Below are positions 1 through 12,950 of a DNA stretch of 64,000 bases, piece by piece. The stretch comes from Monocercomonoides exilis PA203. Taxonomy: Eukaryota; Protista; Preaxostyla. Location of the stretch: positions 930,001 through 994,000 of the forward strand of contig LSRY02000033.1 of NCBI GenBank assembly GCA_001643675.2, read 5' to 3'. The number at the start of each line of letters is the position of its first letter. The first letter of the stretch is position 1. The notes under the pieces were generated by a model that was not told the DNA's origin, did no database searches, and saw nothing but the letters and a program-made list of their open reading frames with translations. A program made the translations under genes and the position numbers.

Positions 1-2
1 CT

Positions 3-2150
3 TCTCATTCGATCCATCCATTTTCAAACACTTTCGATTTTTGCTCTGCAACAGATTCTGCTAACTTTGCATTAAATTCGAATGGATCAAAAGGCATTTC
101 ATCGCCAAGTGCTCCAGCTGAGCGCGGAATCATCCTTCCTCGAAAGCTACAAAGGCAGCAGGCACAGTCTAATGTGGTGCACAATTCTGGACTGCTTTCT
201 TCTCTTCTAACTTTCAGAATGTATGCTGACAGGATTGAGTACATTCCGTCTGTTTCTCTATTTGCGGAGGAAGAGGAAGAGGAAGAGGAGGCGGAAGAAG
301 AGGAACAAAATGAAGATCATAAGGCGCAGGAATGTAATGGAGGAGAATCTTCTCAAGAACAAAGCAATATCAGTCAACAAGGCGAGAGTGAAATCAACAA
401 CAATTCATCTTCACATGCTCCGTCTTCAATAATTTCTGATTCAATGCCAATAAATCTGTTTTATCAACCTCCACCACCTTCATTAATGCAATCCAAATTT
501 GTTCCACCAACATTTCCTCTTCATTGGCATTCATCTTATGAGACTGATATTGGCAAGCAGACACAATCTCGTCACACATCCTCCTTTATGACTGTTGCAT
601 CATTGACTTCTCCAAGAGGCATCAATTCTTTGTCGAATGATTCTGCTCAGCGCTTTGCACAGAGCAGCAGCTTTATTCCACCAAAGAACATGAGATGCAT
701 TGCGCTTCTTCCTCGGTTCATACTCGAAAATCTGTTTATCACAACTCTGAACATCCTCAAAGTTGCATTCAACGAAAAAGCAAATGCTGACGATACTTCT
801 GTTGAGCAGTCAGCCTCTTCTTGTACTTCATCTGCTTCATCTTCCATTCATAACAACACTGCTTGTATCTCTTCGCACTCTTGCTCTATTTCTCAAGCAA
901 CAAATTGCGATATGACTAATGCCAAGACTTTTTCACAGCATCTGCTAACCACTTCGAGCCCTCTTTTGCTTTGTCTTCTCAGCATCGTTTGCAGCGGAAC
1001 TCTCCCAACAGTTCTTTATGAACCAATTGCAGCACTTTTCCATGCAAAGATCATCAACCCTCGCAATCCATCGCTTGCGCTGCCTGAACATTACACAGAA
1101 AAAGGATGGAGTGGCTCTGCGTCAGACTCAAAAGGAAAGAACGATGCTTTCTCTTTGCTGGGTGGCACATCAGAAGTGGAATCCTCTCTTGCATTGGCAT
1201 CGTTGGCTCTGCTGCACTCTGGTTCCGAACGTCTGGCGCTTTTGAATGACGATGGAGACGAGATGAGAAATGAGGTGGCAGAAAGCGACGGTTCGAACAT
1301 TTCTGAAGAGACGGATGCACAAACAGTCGGAAGCATTCATTCAGCATCAGGTGAAAGTGAATATAGAGGATTTGTTGAATTGAATGACGAGTTTGGATTT
1401 GGAGAAGGAGAAGTTGTTGAGGAAAACGAAGGGTCTGATGATGAACTTGACGAAGAAGATGGACTTTTGAACTATTCATCTCTTTTAAGTGGGACAAAAA
1501 CAACAACATTTGAAAGTACCTCCAAGCTGAACGAAAAAGAAAGCGCCAAACAGAAAAAAGCAGTGTTATTAAGAATGATACCGTTGCTCAATGCAACAAC
1601 AACGAATTCTTATTCTTCATCAGTGCTTATCAATCAACAGCAGTCGTTTTCGCATCATCCATCCAATAGTTTCACAAATCAATCATCTTATCATCCATTT
1701 GCTTTTGTGATGTCATCGCAGTTTCATCCTCGCTTGGTGCGTGTTACAAGAATGGTTCCTTCGATTGCAATTGCGTTATCGCCATGTGGAGCAATTGCTG
1801 CAGCAGAAGGCGAATCAATTACAGGAATAATTGTATCTGTGATTGAAGGACTCATCCAAAGACATCACACACATTTACAAACTTGTTCTTTATTATTATT
1901 ATCATCTTCTTCTTCTTCATCTTCATCTTCATCTTCATCTTTGACAGAAGCATCAACCAACTTTGTTAGTTGTGTTTTAGAAGGACTGAGCTGTTTGTGC
2001 TCTGTTCCACTTGTTTGGAAAGGCGAGGGAGCATCTGGGTGTTGCTGGTCTGTGAATAAAGCTGTGCAGAAACTGCTTGGCGAAAAGAAGAAAGAAATAA
2101 GGCGAGCAGCTGCTGATACCATCTGCAGATGGAGCTTTGTTTCAAATTAA
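3..2150 (+). CDS. 3' part of a large HEAT-repeat-like protein, putative MMS19/MET18-like (CIA targeting complex); gene begins upstream of the window
   Basis: The frame is open from position 3 to TAA at 2148-2150. The C-terminus VLEGLSCLCSVP...WSVNKAVQKLLGEKKKEIRRAAADTICRWSFVSN resembles the MMS19 terminal motif (V..AL.K.LDDKKR.VR..A......W near the end). The rest is low-complexity Ser/Glu-rich sequence. The family assignment is by recalled motif only. Confidence 0.45.
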   Translation, partial: SHSIHPFSNTFDFCSATDSANFALNSNGSKGISSPSAPAERGIILPRKLQRQQAQSNVVHNSGLLSSLLTFRMYADRIEYIPSVSLFAEEEEEEEEAEEEEQNEDHKAQECNGGESSQEQSNISQQGESEINNNSSSHAPSSIISDSMPINLFYQPPPPSLMQSKFVPPTFPLHWHSSYETDIGKQTQSRHTSSFMTVASLTSPRGINSLSNDSAQRFAQSSSFIPPKNMRCIALLPRFILENLFITTLNILKVAFNEKANADDTSVEQSASSCTSSASSSIHNNTACISSHSCSISQATNCDMTNAKTFSQHLLTTSSPLLLCLLSIVCSGTLPTVLYEPIAALFHAKIINPRNPSLALPEHYTEKGWSGSASDSKGKNDAFSLLGGTSEVESSLALASLALLHSGSERLALLNDDGDEMRNEVAESDGSNISEETDAQTVGSIHSASGESEYRGFVELNDEFGFGEGEVVEENEGSDDELDEEDGLLNYSSLLSGTKTTTFESTSKLNEKESAKQKKAVLLRMIPLLNATTTNSYSSSVLINQQQSFSHHPSNSFTNQSSYHPFAFVMSSQFHPRLVRVTRMVPSIAIALSPCGAIAAAEGESITGIIVSVIEGLIQRHHTHLQTCSLLLLSSSSSSSSSSSSSLTEASTNFVSCVLEGLSCLCSVPLVWKGEGASGCCWSVNKAVQKLLGEKKKEIRRAAADTICRWSFVSN

Positions 2151-2424
2151 TGTTAAATTTCAGATTCTGAAGAAATTACTATTGAGCTCATGTGTCATTT
2201 CACTTTCAATTCAACATTTTATAAAAAATTTGTTTGAATATTTTTTTCTGTTTATTCGTATTCAAAGTTTATTCAAATCAAAATGTTAATTTTCAAACAT
2301 AAATTGTGAAATGAAATAACATTTTAAGTTTTATCTTTTTTTGTGAAGTGAATTTTTCTTTTCTCTTTATTTTTCCAGAAGTGCTAACTTTTTTTGTCCC
2401 TTCCTTTGAACAAGCGCATATTTC

Positions 2425-5400
2425 TCAGAAGAATTCAGACACTTGTTTTGGTTTAATCAGCACACGACCGCTTGATGCTTTTGAAGGTGCAACAAACGCC
2501 TTTTCTCCAGCAATCTTAGTTCCAGTTGAGTCATAACCACGTTGCTGCCTCTTAATTTCTTTTCTCTTTTCAGCCTCTGCTTTGAGCATCGTTTGCTTGG
2601 CAGTCGCAATTTCAGTCAGAATCTTGTTCTCTTTCGCCCACATCGATGGCGGAGCAAACTGTGTGATCTTTGCAGTTGACAGGATGTTTGACGAGTTGAT
2701 TATGTTGGTATCAGGATTCGCTCCTTCTTTTGCTTCCTCTGAGCTTGCTGCTGGTGCTGGCTGCACAAATGAGGAAATTGTTCCCAGAGGAGCAGGAATG
2801 GGGTAATCTCTTGGCTCTTCTTCATCTTCTTCATCTCCCTTTCGATATATCTTGTTTCTGGACTTCTTCAACAACTTCACTTGCATCTCCCGCACTTCTT
2901 CCTCTGAGCCTTGATGCATGTATGTTTTCTGTAAATAATACAACAGAATTCAATGAATCACAAAAAAACAATTGGGGAAGATAAATTTGAAACGAAATTA
3001 ACTCTTAATTTACACTAAAATCAAAATTTATAGCAAACCATTTTTGAAGGAGGCTCTTTCAACGCAAAGTGCTTGGCAACATGGCCAAGATGGAGAGATT
3101 TCACATAAAACACATTCCGAGTGGATCTGTCGTGTGTAGCATATGAACGCAAGAATGATCGATAAGCATCGACAGCCATGCGAAGAAGAGAAGGATCAGA
3201 GTTAACAACAGACTCTGCAGTGTTCTGGAGAATAGCAGCTGAACATAACATTCATTAAAAAGAACGATACAAGCAAATTTTTTTTCAAAAAAAACATAGA
3301 AAAATCAAATGTATTAAGCATTCATATTGATTTATTAACAGATAACTCAAACCTGCATAGACAGGATCAGGTACACCCACAGAATCGCCAAAGCGTCGCA
3401 TCAGTTCAGCTGTCGGAAAAGTGATCATCGACAGTGCACTTTTCTCTGGTTTTGGATGTTCTGTCGAACTTTCTTTGCTTTCCTCTTTTTGCTTTTCGTC
3501 TTTTTCTACTTCCTCTTCCTTGCCGTTATCTTCTTCTTCCTTCCTTTTTTCCTCTTCCATTTGCTTTCTTGCCCTATCAGCCTCAATTCTTTCCTTCAGC
3601 CATCTCTCCTTCTCTGCAATCACCGCCTTCCACCCGTCCACCTCTTCAGGCCTTAGAAACAGAATGCTCTGTCCAGTGTGCCCAGCCCTGGCTGTTCTGC
3701 CTGCACGATGGATGTATTCTTCAACTGTCGCTGGCGGATCGTACTGGATAATGACATCCACATCTGGAAAGTCCAGCCCTCGGGCAGCAACATCTGTGGA
3801 GAAGAGAATGGCTCGCTTGCTTGGCGCTGAAGAAGACGAGCTTTGCTTGTCTTGTGAATCATTTGAGGAAGTTGATTGCGAAGATGACTCGTCAGACGAG
3901 GCAGACGACGAGCTATCACTTTCTGATGAATTTTCGTCTGATTCGCTCTGCTCGTCCTCAGAATCTGAATCAAATCTGTCTTTCACTTTCTCTTTCTTCT
4001 TTGCTTCCTTCTTCAGTCTCTCTTTCTCCTTCTTTTTTTCTTCCTTCAATCTTCTCCTTTCTTCCCTTTCTTTCCTCCTCTCTTCTTTCTCCTTCCTCTT
4101 TTTCTCTTTTGCCTCCTTCAAATGCTGCCTCTCATACTTCGACTTCACTTTTTTTGATCCGCACTTCAGAAAAGCAGCAACAGACGCCTTTCTGTCGAGC
4201 TGTGACATGTCTCCGTGCAGCATAAACACAGATGTCTGAGGGAAGATTGGGTCTCCATGCACTTGCGTTTCCAGCCCTGCCATCATCTCTGCCTTAAACG
4301 TCTCAAACGGATCTTCTTCTTCTTCTTCTTTCTCTTCCATCTCATTTTGCTCATATTGATCTTCTTCGTTCTCGTCGTCGTACTCTTTTCTCATGCTCTG
4401 TCTGTCATCATCATTTCTCTCATATTTCATCCTCTTCTGCTGCCCCATCATCGCACTTCTGCCTCCTTCCGCTTTCCCATACTTTGCATCATCCATTGAA
4501 GTTGACAGTCCTTGGCTGGCCCTCCTCTGCTTCTTTGCTTCTTCTCTCCTCCGAATTCTCTTCTGCGCAATCTCAAACGAAGGCAGCTTGAGCGACGAGA
4601 AAAGAGCTTTGTGGAATTCAACAGACGCACAAGTTGACAGAAACACTAGTATTTTGCGTGCTCCCATCGGAGTGAAAGGCGAAGGTGGATGCAGCGGGCG
4701 GTCTTTAAGGCCAGATGCCTTCATCTGCATTGCCTGCAGTTGAGAGGCTGGCGGCAGCATCACTTTTTCTCTGAGCAGAGTGATGAGTGCAGCAAGCCTC
4801 AGTTTCGAAGGACAGACGAAGCACATTTGTGTGAGAGTGGCTGGAAGAGTGTAGAGCGAAAGGGTAGACGCTATTCTGGTAGCTGATGTATCGTCGACGC
4901 TGTTGTGGTCAACGTCAATGCGAACTGGGTTGCTCAACACCTGCTGCGCAAACCTTGATAGGTTTGGACGAAGTGTTGCAGAAACTAACACAATTTGTAT
5001 GTGTGTTGATGGCTCTGAAGGTATTTCGCTGATTGTGGACGACTTTTTTGAGGAAGCCGAAGCCGAAGAAGTAGATAACGAAGGTGATCCACTTTCTGTT
5101 AACATCAAATGAGATTGAGAAGAATCTGTCATCGTTTTCTTAAATGGCCTCTTAGACTTCGAAGCAATTATTGAAAGGATTTGTTGCACCGTAGGCTCAA
5201 AGCCCATATCCAACGTTCTGTCTGCTTCATCAATAATAATCGCTTCAAGGGACTCAATGCAAAATGATCTTGTTGAAAGAAGATGATCAAGGAGTCGCCC
5301 TGGAGTTGAAACAAGAATTGTAATTCCTTTTCTCAAACGAGCCTTTTCAGATGCTCTATTTTCTCCTCCTGTCAGAGCGGAAGTAACAAGCCAGTGATAT

Positions 5401-5786
5401 GGAATAGTAAGTTTTTGCGCAACTAAAAGAATTTGCTGACAAAGTTCTCGAGTCGGAGCAATTATTAGGACTACGAACGCAATTAATCATTGACTAAAGT
5501 TAGTTAAATAATAATTACAATAAAAACCTTTTGTCCCTTCTGATCTGTTTATGCGTTGAGGTCTGTTACCTAATTTTATTATGACTGGAAGAAGAAATGC
5601 AAGTGTTTTTCCTGAACCAGTTTCACTTTTTATAAGCATGTCTTGTCCGGAAACAAGCGGTAAAAACGATTTTTGCTGCACAATAGATGGACGCTTTATT
5701 TCCATTTTTTCTGATAAAAGTTTTATAACTCTTTCTGGGACATGGAAATCATTAAATGAATTTTTTTCACTTTCCTCGGCAAACAT
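2425..5786 (-). CDS. DBP7: DEAD-box RNA helicase of the DBP7/DDX31 subfamily; 4 exons (5786-5528, 5470-3353, 3238-3039, 2928-2425)
   Basis: Motifs [14 protein letters not shown] (restored by splicing intron 5471-5527), [33 protein letters not shown] and [10 protein letters not shown]. The C-terminal SFLRSYATH...[12 protein letters not shown] is typical of DBP7/DDX31. GT-AG introns at 5471-5527, 3239-3352 and 2929-3038 keep the frame. Confidence 0.88.
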
Positions 5787-6702
5787 AAACTAAACAAAAA
5801 TAAAAATCGGTAATTAATAAGATTAAATAAAATGCTTATCAAATATTAGAAATATCATACGGATCAGCTGAACAGTAGCAATTGGAAAGCAAAATAAAAA
5901 CTTGGAATACTAATTATGTATCTAATCAAATTCTGAAGAAATATTTTAACAAGCACAAAGGTATATATATTATTCATAGAATTTTTATCAAATAATTATA
6001 TAATAATATTGGAATTATGTCACATTATAAAATTAGATAAATCACAATTTTGCAATTTATTGAAGCAATGCGAATATCACATCAAAGTTTTTGAGAAAAA
6101 GTTAATCGATGAAGCTATTCTTTTAATTTTGTTATTTATTTAAGTGCTTAGTGGAAACTTTTATCAATGGCTTATCAAATTTTGTGAAATGCAAATTTCT
6201 TTGAACTTTTTATTCAACAATTTCAATACAAATAAAAGTCAATTTATTTCTTGATCTTCTTAATGCTGTTTCATGTTTATTTGGACATTATTTATTCAAG
6301 TTAGTGTTGTTAAGTGAAACAAATTTTAATACATTTAAATGTATTTCAAGAATTTCGCACTGATGTTTTAACCTTTTTGATATGCACAAAAAAATGGATT
6401 TTTGTTTATCGCTCAACACGAATGTTTTCTTTTAGAATTTTCCGTTGTAAGAATCCATCTTAAAAAACTGAACTACACCAATAATCTAATTGCTTAACAA
6501 AAGTTGTTTTCAATTTTCTTCATTTCGGAAGATTGAAAAACAAAAACCAAAATTAAACAATACTCACTGAAGGAGCATGCAAACAATATTCTTCACTTCA
6601 TTAACGCTTGGTGCGAGATTCAGTTTCAAATATCAAAGAAAATCACTAATAAAGTTTCATAATTTTTTTTTATTAAAAGCAAATAAGCTCCACACAATTT
6701 CT

Positions 6703-7198
6703 TTAAAGTAGAAAACAATAAAATAAATATTGTACAACAAACAAATAACACAAAAAGCATAAGGATGACAATAACAAAAGAAAACAAAACTTGAAAATCC
6801 AAATAGCTTTTAATATGATGTGAAGAAAGGAGGAAAATAACTTATAAGAATAATGAAAGCAATATGACATTGGTTCGTAATATGATTCTCCAATCCAATT
6901 ATTTTTCACCCCAATCTTAAATGGGAATGCTTTGTCTAACAATTAAAAAAGAAAAAAAAAAATGAAAGGTACTCGTTAAAAATAAGTCAAACATTATCAA
7001 AAATATGACGATTGCCGAGACAATGCAGATGAAGAATGAGTAGAGTCCAGCATCATTAATTACCATGCTAAAAGAATTTGAAGGCTTTGCAAGTCCTGTT
7101 CCATCTGCTCCAACAGCAACAAGAATAGTGGCTATCAACGGTATGATACCGTATACGATCAAAATCCAAGCCATCACGCAGCTGAACTTTTTCTTCAT
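6703..7198 (-). CDS. Small putative membrane protein with two hydrophobic helices; probably spliced, 3' end uncertain
   Basis: ATG at 7198 gives MKKKFSCVMAWILIVYGIIPLIATILVAVG...LYSFFICIVSAIVIFLIMFDLF. A probable short intron near 6936-6972 joins it to KAFPFKIGVKNNWIGESYYEP. No family recognised. Confidence 0.4.
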
Positions 7199-7245
7199 TT
7201 CGAAATGTTTTAATATGGTTCTAAACCCTTTACAGTTAAGATTCA

Positions 7246-8112
7246 ATGCAACGAGAAGAACTTTCAGACCAAGAACTTCTTGAGCTTTTTAATTTGGTGT
7301 GCATCTTTATGAATGGAAATAGTTAAATTTCATTTTCTTTGTTTTCTTTGATTCCGCTAACTTATTTTCCATTTTTTTGGCACTTTATTTAAATAAATCA
7401 ATATTTTTAATTTTTGCGTTTCTGTAAACATCTTAGGTCGACCTTGACCACAGCGGATCTATTGATCATGAAGAATTGATAACTTTACTGGAGAAAGTTG
7501 GTTTTGGAGATGATCCAGAAGAGGTGAAAGCAATTGTTGATAGCGTTGATAAAGATGGAAATGGGTTTGACTTAAATAATTGTGTAAATTTCGCATGAGC
7601 CCAAATTAACTTGTACATTATATGCGTGAATTTTATATGATGATATAACTTATCGTCAATTTTTTATTTGCAGTGATATTGATCCATATGAATTTATTGC
7701 TGGATTTCAGAAAAAGCTTGATTTTGACGCAAAAAAACTAAAGGCTTGATCGCTTTTTTGCGATGCTTTCTGCAATAATTCTCAATTTCATTCACATTTT
7801 GAAAATAGCAAGCCTTTGCTTTCTTTGCAAAAGGAACACCAAAAGGCGTTATAAAGACTGCTCATCTCATCGATGCTCTTTCACAATTTTCTGATTTAAA
7901 AGATTCTCCAGAGCAAGGTATTTTTTCTAATTTTATTTATCCGCATCTAATTTGGTATTTATTAATCATTTAATTTACAATTGATTTATTTGAAACAAAA
8001 TCAATTTTCAGTGGAAAAATTGATAAGAGTTATGATTCCGGAAAACGTTAAGAAGCTTCCAAATGAGATTGATTACGGAAGTTTTGTTGATGCTATGGTG
8101 GATGGCTCATGA
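7246..8112 (+). CDS. Calmodulin-like EF-hand protein; 5 exons (7246-7296, 7437-7564, 7674-7743, 7809-7917, 8012-8112); not in the ORF track
   Basis: Spliced translation: MQREELSDQELLELFNL|VDLDHSGSIDHEELITLLEKVGFGDDPEEVKAIVDSVDKDGNG|DIDPYEFIAGFQKKLDFDAKKLK|QAFAFFAKGTPKGVIKTAHLIDALSQFSDLKDSPEQ|VEKLIRVMIPENVKKLPNEIDYGSFVDAMVDGS*. Two canonical EF loops (DLDHSGSIDHEE, DKDGNGDIDPYE) and a degenerate C-lobe. Confidence 0.88.
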
Positions 8113-8554
8113 AGTTTCACTTTAGCTGATATTTCAGTTCATGTTTATCAATTTCACTTCAACCACCTCAGAAATTTTGCTTTTAATTTTTTTAATTCTC
8201 TTTTAATTTTTCTTTTCATATGCTTACTCCCCTCACATCTCCCATTTGTAATATTTTCAAAATTAAGTTTTCTTTGTCTTGTTTCAATTGTCAAAAAATG
8301 AATGAAAAATAGCCCCCTGATGCATATTAATCGTAAAAAAATTAGTCTGTCAAAGTGCATCAAGTTTGAGTAAATGTTCCATGATTTTCTTCATCAAAAA
8401 TCATTGAATCTTTAATATCAGAATAAGAAGGCAAATTACTCATTCTTTTCCAAGGTCCAAAAATACTTCCATTTTAAGAGCCAGCACAATCAATGCACCG
8501 ACCAGTAGTCAAGCATGGCGCTTTCAAATTTTTTAATCAATTTTTAAATATTGT

Positions 8555-11500
8555 TCAACCTTCGTAATCTTCGGTTTCCTCGTCACTCTCATCATCCCGC
8601 TCATCAGAATGCATTCCTTCCATCACCCTCTCATCCATCCTTCTCCGGCTCATCTGGCAGGCTTTTCTGATATCGTTGGGAGTGATACACAGCAGTGCCT
8701 CCAGCGACAGCATCTCCTTGTTTTCAGCCACAAACGAAGATCTCAGCCTTTTTATCATGTTCTCAGTCATGCGCCTCACCTGCTCGTCAGGGTGCTCCAG
8801 CATCAATGCCAGCTGTGAGGCAATGCTCGACTCCTGAATCCACAGCGAGATGGGAAGCAGAACGAAGTCTGGGTCTGTCTCAGCGCCTGTGCTGAACAAG
8901 GACATCGTGTTTGCACGTGGATATCCTTCGCCTGCCATGTCGTGCTGGTGCAAGAAGGCACGTGCTCTGTCCATCTCCCGCTTCTTCAGATGGCAGTAGT
9001 CTCCTTTGCCATGCAGAAACAGGTTGTAATTGAAGACGGACAGCAATGCATCAAGCAGCTGCCTCATCAAGTTCAGCTCATTCGTCTTCACACACAGCTC
9101 CAGCATCTCTCCAAAGCCTATTAACATGTTGCGCCCATTTTCTTCCTCAAATGCAGAGAGTGACTGAGACATTGCAAAGAAGGGCTCATCTGCACGCTTC
9201 CCAAAAGAGGAGGTTGTTGGCGGAATGAGCGACCATGTCTCGACAGCTTTCTTTGGCCCTTTGGTGCTCATCGCATTACGCACAAAAAGAGATTTGGGTG
9301 TTGAAACGATGTTGAGTGAATCACCAGAATCTGACAGATCAATCCCATCTTCTCGCATTCCTAGTGCCCTTTCTTCGTTGTGAATCATGCTGCTTGCACC
9401 GAATCCAATACCCGCTCCATCTTCAACTCTTCCTCCTCCTCCTCCTCTTCCATCTGCTCCATTGCTTTGATTCAAGAGCATATCATTATCTTCGTCGATG
9501 TCCATTTCCATTGCCTGCTCATTTTCTCTGACCAAATTCTCCTCAAACTCCAACTTCATCAGCACACTTTTGCTCTGATACTCTGCCTCGACAATATCCA
9601 CCTCGTCCCATCCGCCGCGCAGCACATTGTCGATAATCCAGAAGTTCATGGAGATCATGTTGCACAGAACATAACATGCCTCCTTCTTTGCTATCAAAAA
9701 CGCTCCTTCCATTTGCGTTTGCAGTGATTGAGAGTCCTTTTTATGCTTTCGCGTTTTTGATTTCGGATTACTGTAAGAAGAGAGAAGAAGATTATACAGT
9801 GGCCTCTGTTCTGTCTGTTGCTGCTGCTTTATTTGCTCCTGCTGGAAAAGCAAGTCCATCAATTCTGTCCCGTCCCCTTTCCTTGAAGCAGATGCATCGC
9901 TTTTTGATTCTCCATCCTCTTCGCTGCTATCACTGCTATCACTTTCGCTGTCACTCATTTCGAAGCTATAATCATTTTCATTATGTCTTCTATACTCCTT
10001 TGCAAGCCTCGCATAATTTGATGCCTCGTTCTCGTCTCTGCTTTCTGTTCCGTCGATTGCCAGGTCTTCGAACTGTCTGCCTCGCATAATCAGCACAAAC
10101 AGCGGAATCAGACCAGAGCGGATGACTGCATTCTGTTCTCTCCGTGTTCCTGCAGCGATGTTTGAAAGCAGCCAGCAGATGTCCTTTTGCAGCTGGAGAG
10201 ACGTTTCAAAGATGATCATGGCACCAGCAGGCATCGATCGCAGCTGGGAAGAAGGAACAAACATCGACGACAACTCAGAAGGAGTTGGAGATGCAGAAGA
10301 AGGAGGAGCAAGAGAGGAGGCTGATGGGAATGGCTGAATAGATGCTGCACTGTAATTGGAAAAGGGATTCATGGAATCCGTCTTTGAAGAAGATTTGCCT
10401 GCAGAAGGTATTTTGGGAATGAACAATTCTGCATAAGGCATCGGTGGTGAGGGTAGCGCTGGAAAGTCATCTTGTGTATTCTCCACAAGTGTCAAATCAG
10501 CAGTCTGCTTTGCTGTTTGTTCGCTGCTCTGTTGATTGACAAATGGCGACGAGGAATGTTGAGAGGCTGAGGAGTTGAACAACGGAGCGGAAAAGGAGGG
10601 AATGACCGAAGCATTAAAAGTGCCTGGTGAAGAATCCATTGCTGATCCACTCAATCCCATTTGAGTCTGCTGCCCTGATTGTGCAGCCAGTTGGACTGTT
10701 CCAACTTTTATTGTTGGTTCAGCTTGATCAGGCGACTCTGGGGAAAAACCAGATTTTGTGTCATTTTCGTCCATTGTTCCATTTGTTTCCCTTGAGGCTG
10801 AAGATGTTACCAGAGAAGCAGAAAAGCCGGGTGTTAAGAACAGCGGCTGTTTGAACTGGTCTTGTGGCTGCGGCGAGTCGAGTGCCTCTTCAAAGCGCTG
10901 CCTTCCCATCGTGAGGATGCACAGCATTTGGCTGAGTGTTCGGATCAGCCCGCAGCGGAGCATTGGAGTGGTGACGTTGAAGGAGCCACGACTGAAGTTG
11001 CAGAGGATCTTGAGTGTTGGTGCCACAACATATAATGTCGGATGGCTTTTAAAAAACATTAAGAAATTTAAATTGTGAAGGATTTCGAGAGAAAATTATA
11101 AGTCAAAAATAGGTGTAATTAAAGAGAGACTGTATTCATCAAAATTGAAGCATACTGAAGAAGTTTGAACAATTGCTTCAATATTTGCAAATGCAATATA
11201 TCAACCAACATCTCTTTTTCAGCCAATATGATAAGAAATTAGAGAAATTGATTTCATTTTATGCATTTTGCAATTTAAATTGAGATTATTTTCAAAATAA
11301 CAATAAGCAATAAACTTGTTACGAATACAATTTCTGCAAACCGGCATCGCATGTTAGCCTCTGAAAGGCGCAAAGAACGAGGTTCAATATTTTGACGTCT
11401 GCATAATACAATCCCATCGACATAGGTTTTAATATTGGCTCCACCTGAACAAAGTACAAATGCAATAAAAGATAAACAATTTTTTTGAGAAAAATGGGGA

Positions 11501-12649
11501 AAATTACATTAATTAGCAAAGATAAAATGTAGTAGAAAGAAAATAAATCAAAATATCTCGTTTCGCTTTTGTAAAACAGTCTTTTAACATACTCTTTCAT
11601 ATTTCACATCCCTTTGGCAAAGCTGGCAGCATGCAAAAAGAGTGTTCCGAATCACATTTTCAGATTGCGATTTGAAGAAATACACAATTTGAGAAGTAAT
11701 TTTCATTGAAAGAAAGGAATTAAGCGCATTCTGGCTGCATGCACACATATTTCTTTAAAAAGAAGAAAGAAAGAAAGAAAAAATTATCAAAAATAGTTGA
11801 TATAATAATTAATTTCTTTTTGAAAGCAGACAAATGCAAAATACCCTATCGCAAGAACGGCAGATTCAACAATCACGTCATGCTTCGACTGATAAAATTT
11901 GTCACTTTTTTATTCTCACAAAAAATTAGAACATTAGCATACAAAAAGAAGATTCATCAAATTCACGACTCCCCCAGCTTTAATAATTTCATCCACATCA
12001 CTTTGTGAATTAGCAGTTATTCCCACCAAAATATTGCAAGCTTCTAATTGGATTGGAGGAAAATTCTCATTTGCAAGAAGATGAACAATCGACCGAATAG
12101 CATTGAGGTTTGACAAAAGAATTGCAGATTCACGACCTTTGGAAAATAGCTTTGTTTAAAAAAAATCAAATAAATCAATGAAATGCATACTTATCCCAAG
12201 TAGCTGTGAAATTGACTTACAGCTTTGATACTGGAGTTCTGGATCAGGTGATAATAAATTTTGAACATCATTCGGCAATTTGTCTGCCTGGTGAATAAAA
12301 TTTGTTATTTACAAAAATATAAAATTTTGAACGAACTAATTGGAGAAATAATTGAATTTTTTCTGTTTTATTTGAAAACTGCGCATCGACTCTTATACGA
12401 CGAAGGTGTTTTGCCCGTGATTTTACTCGAAGAGATTCATTATCTTGATATCGTTTTTTTTGTGAACGTTCTCTTTCGTAATCTTCAAGTTTTCATTCGT
12501 TTTTTCACATTTATATTGTCGGAATAAATCGTTAAAAAAAATAAAGAAAGAAAGAACAGGTGTACAAAAATAAAAGTGAAGATTTAATTACCTTGTTGAC
12601 GCTCTTTAAACCTTTGTTCTGCTCTTTCAGACCGATCAAAGAAAATCAT
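8555..12649 (-). CDS. Importin-alpha-like ARM-repeat protein with large low-complexity insertions; several short 5' exons (boundaries not all resolved) and a long last exon ~11059-8555
   Basis: ARM signatures FPPIQLEACNILVGITANSQSDVDEIIKAGGVVNLMNLL, QKDICWLLSNIAAGTRREQNAVIRSGLIPLFV and AKKEACYVLCNM. A basic IBB-like segment (KRERSQKKR...LRVKSRAKHLRRIR) lies at ~12380-12520. Candidate ATG at 12649. Confidence 0.75.
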
Positions 12650-12950
12650 TTGATTAAAAAATTATTATACTCTTCAAAAATTTTTTTGTTAATCCATTAC
12701 AAACTAATTAATGTCTCATAAATTTTTATTTATAAAATCACGCTATTTTTTCAAAGATTTTCTTTGCGGAAAATGTTTTGCTTAAAAAAATATCTCATCG
12801 AAAACAAATAAATTGAAAAAATTCATTTTAATAAATAAAAATTTCATGGTATGAAATGATAAACTTTTTCAGACTTGCGTCACTTATTTTCCCTGTATTG
12901 AAAAAATACGATTTAAAATTGATTAATTGCAACTTTAGAAATTCTTTCAT

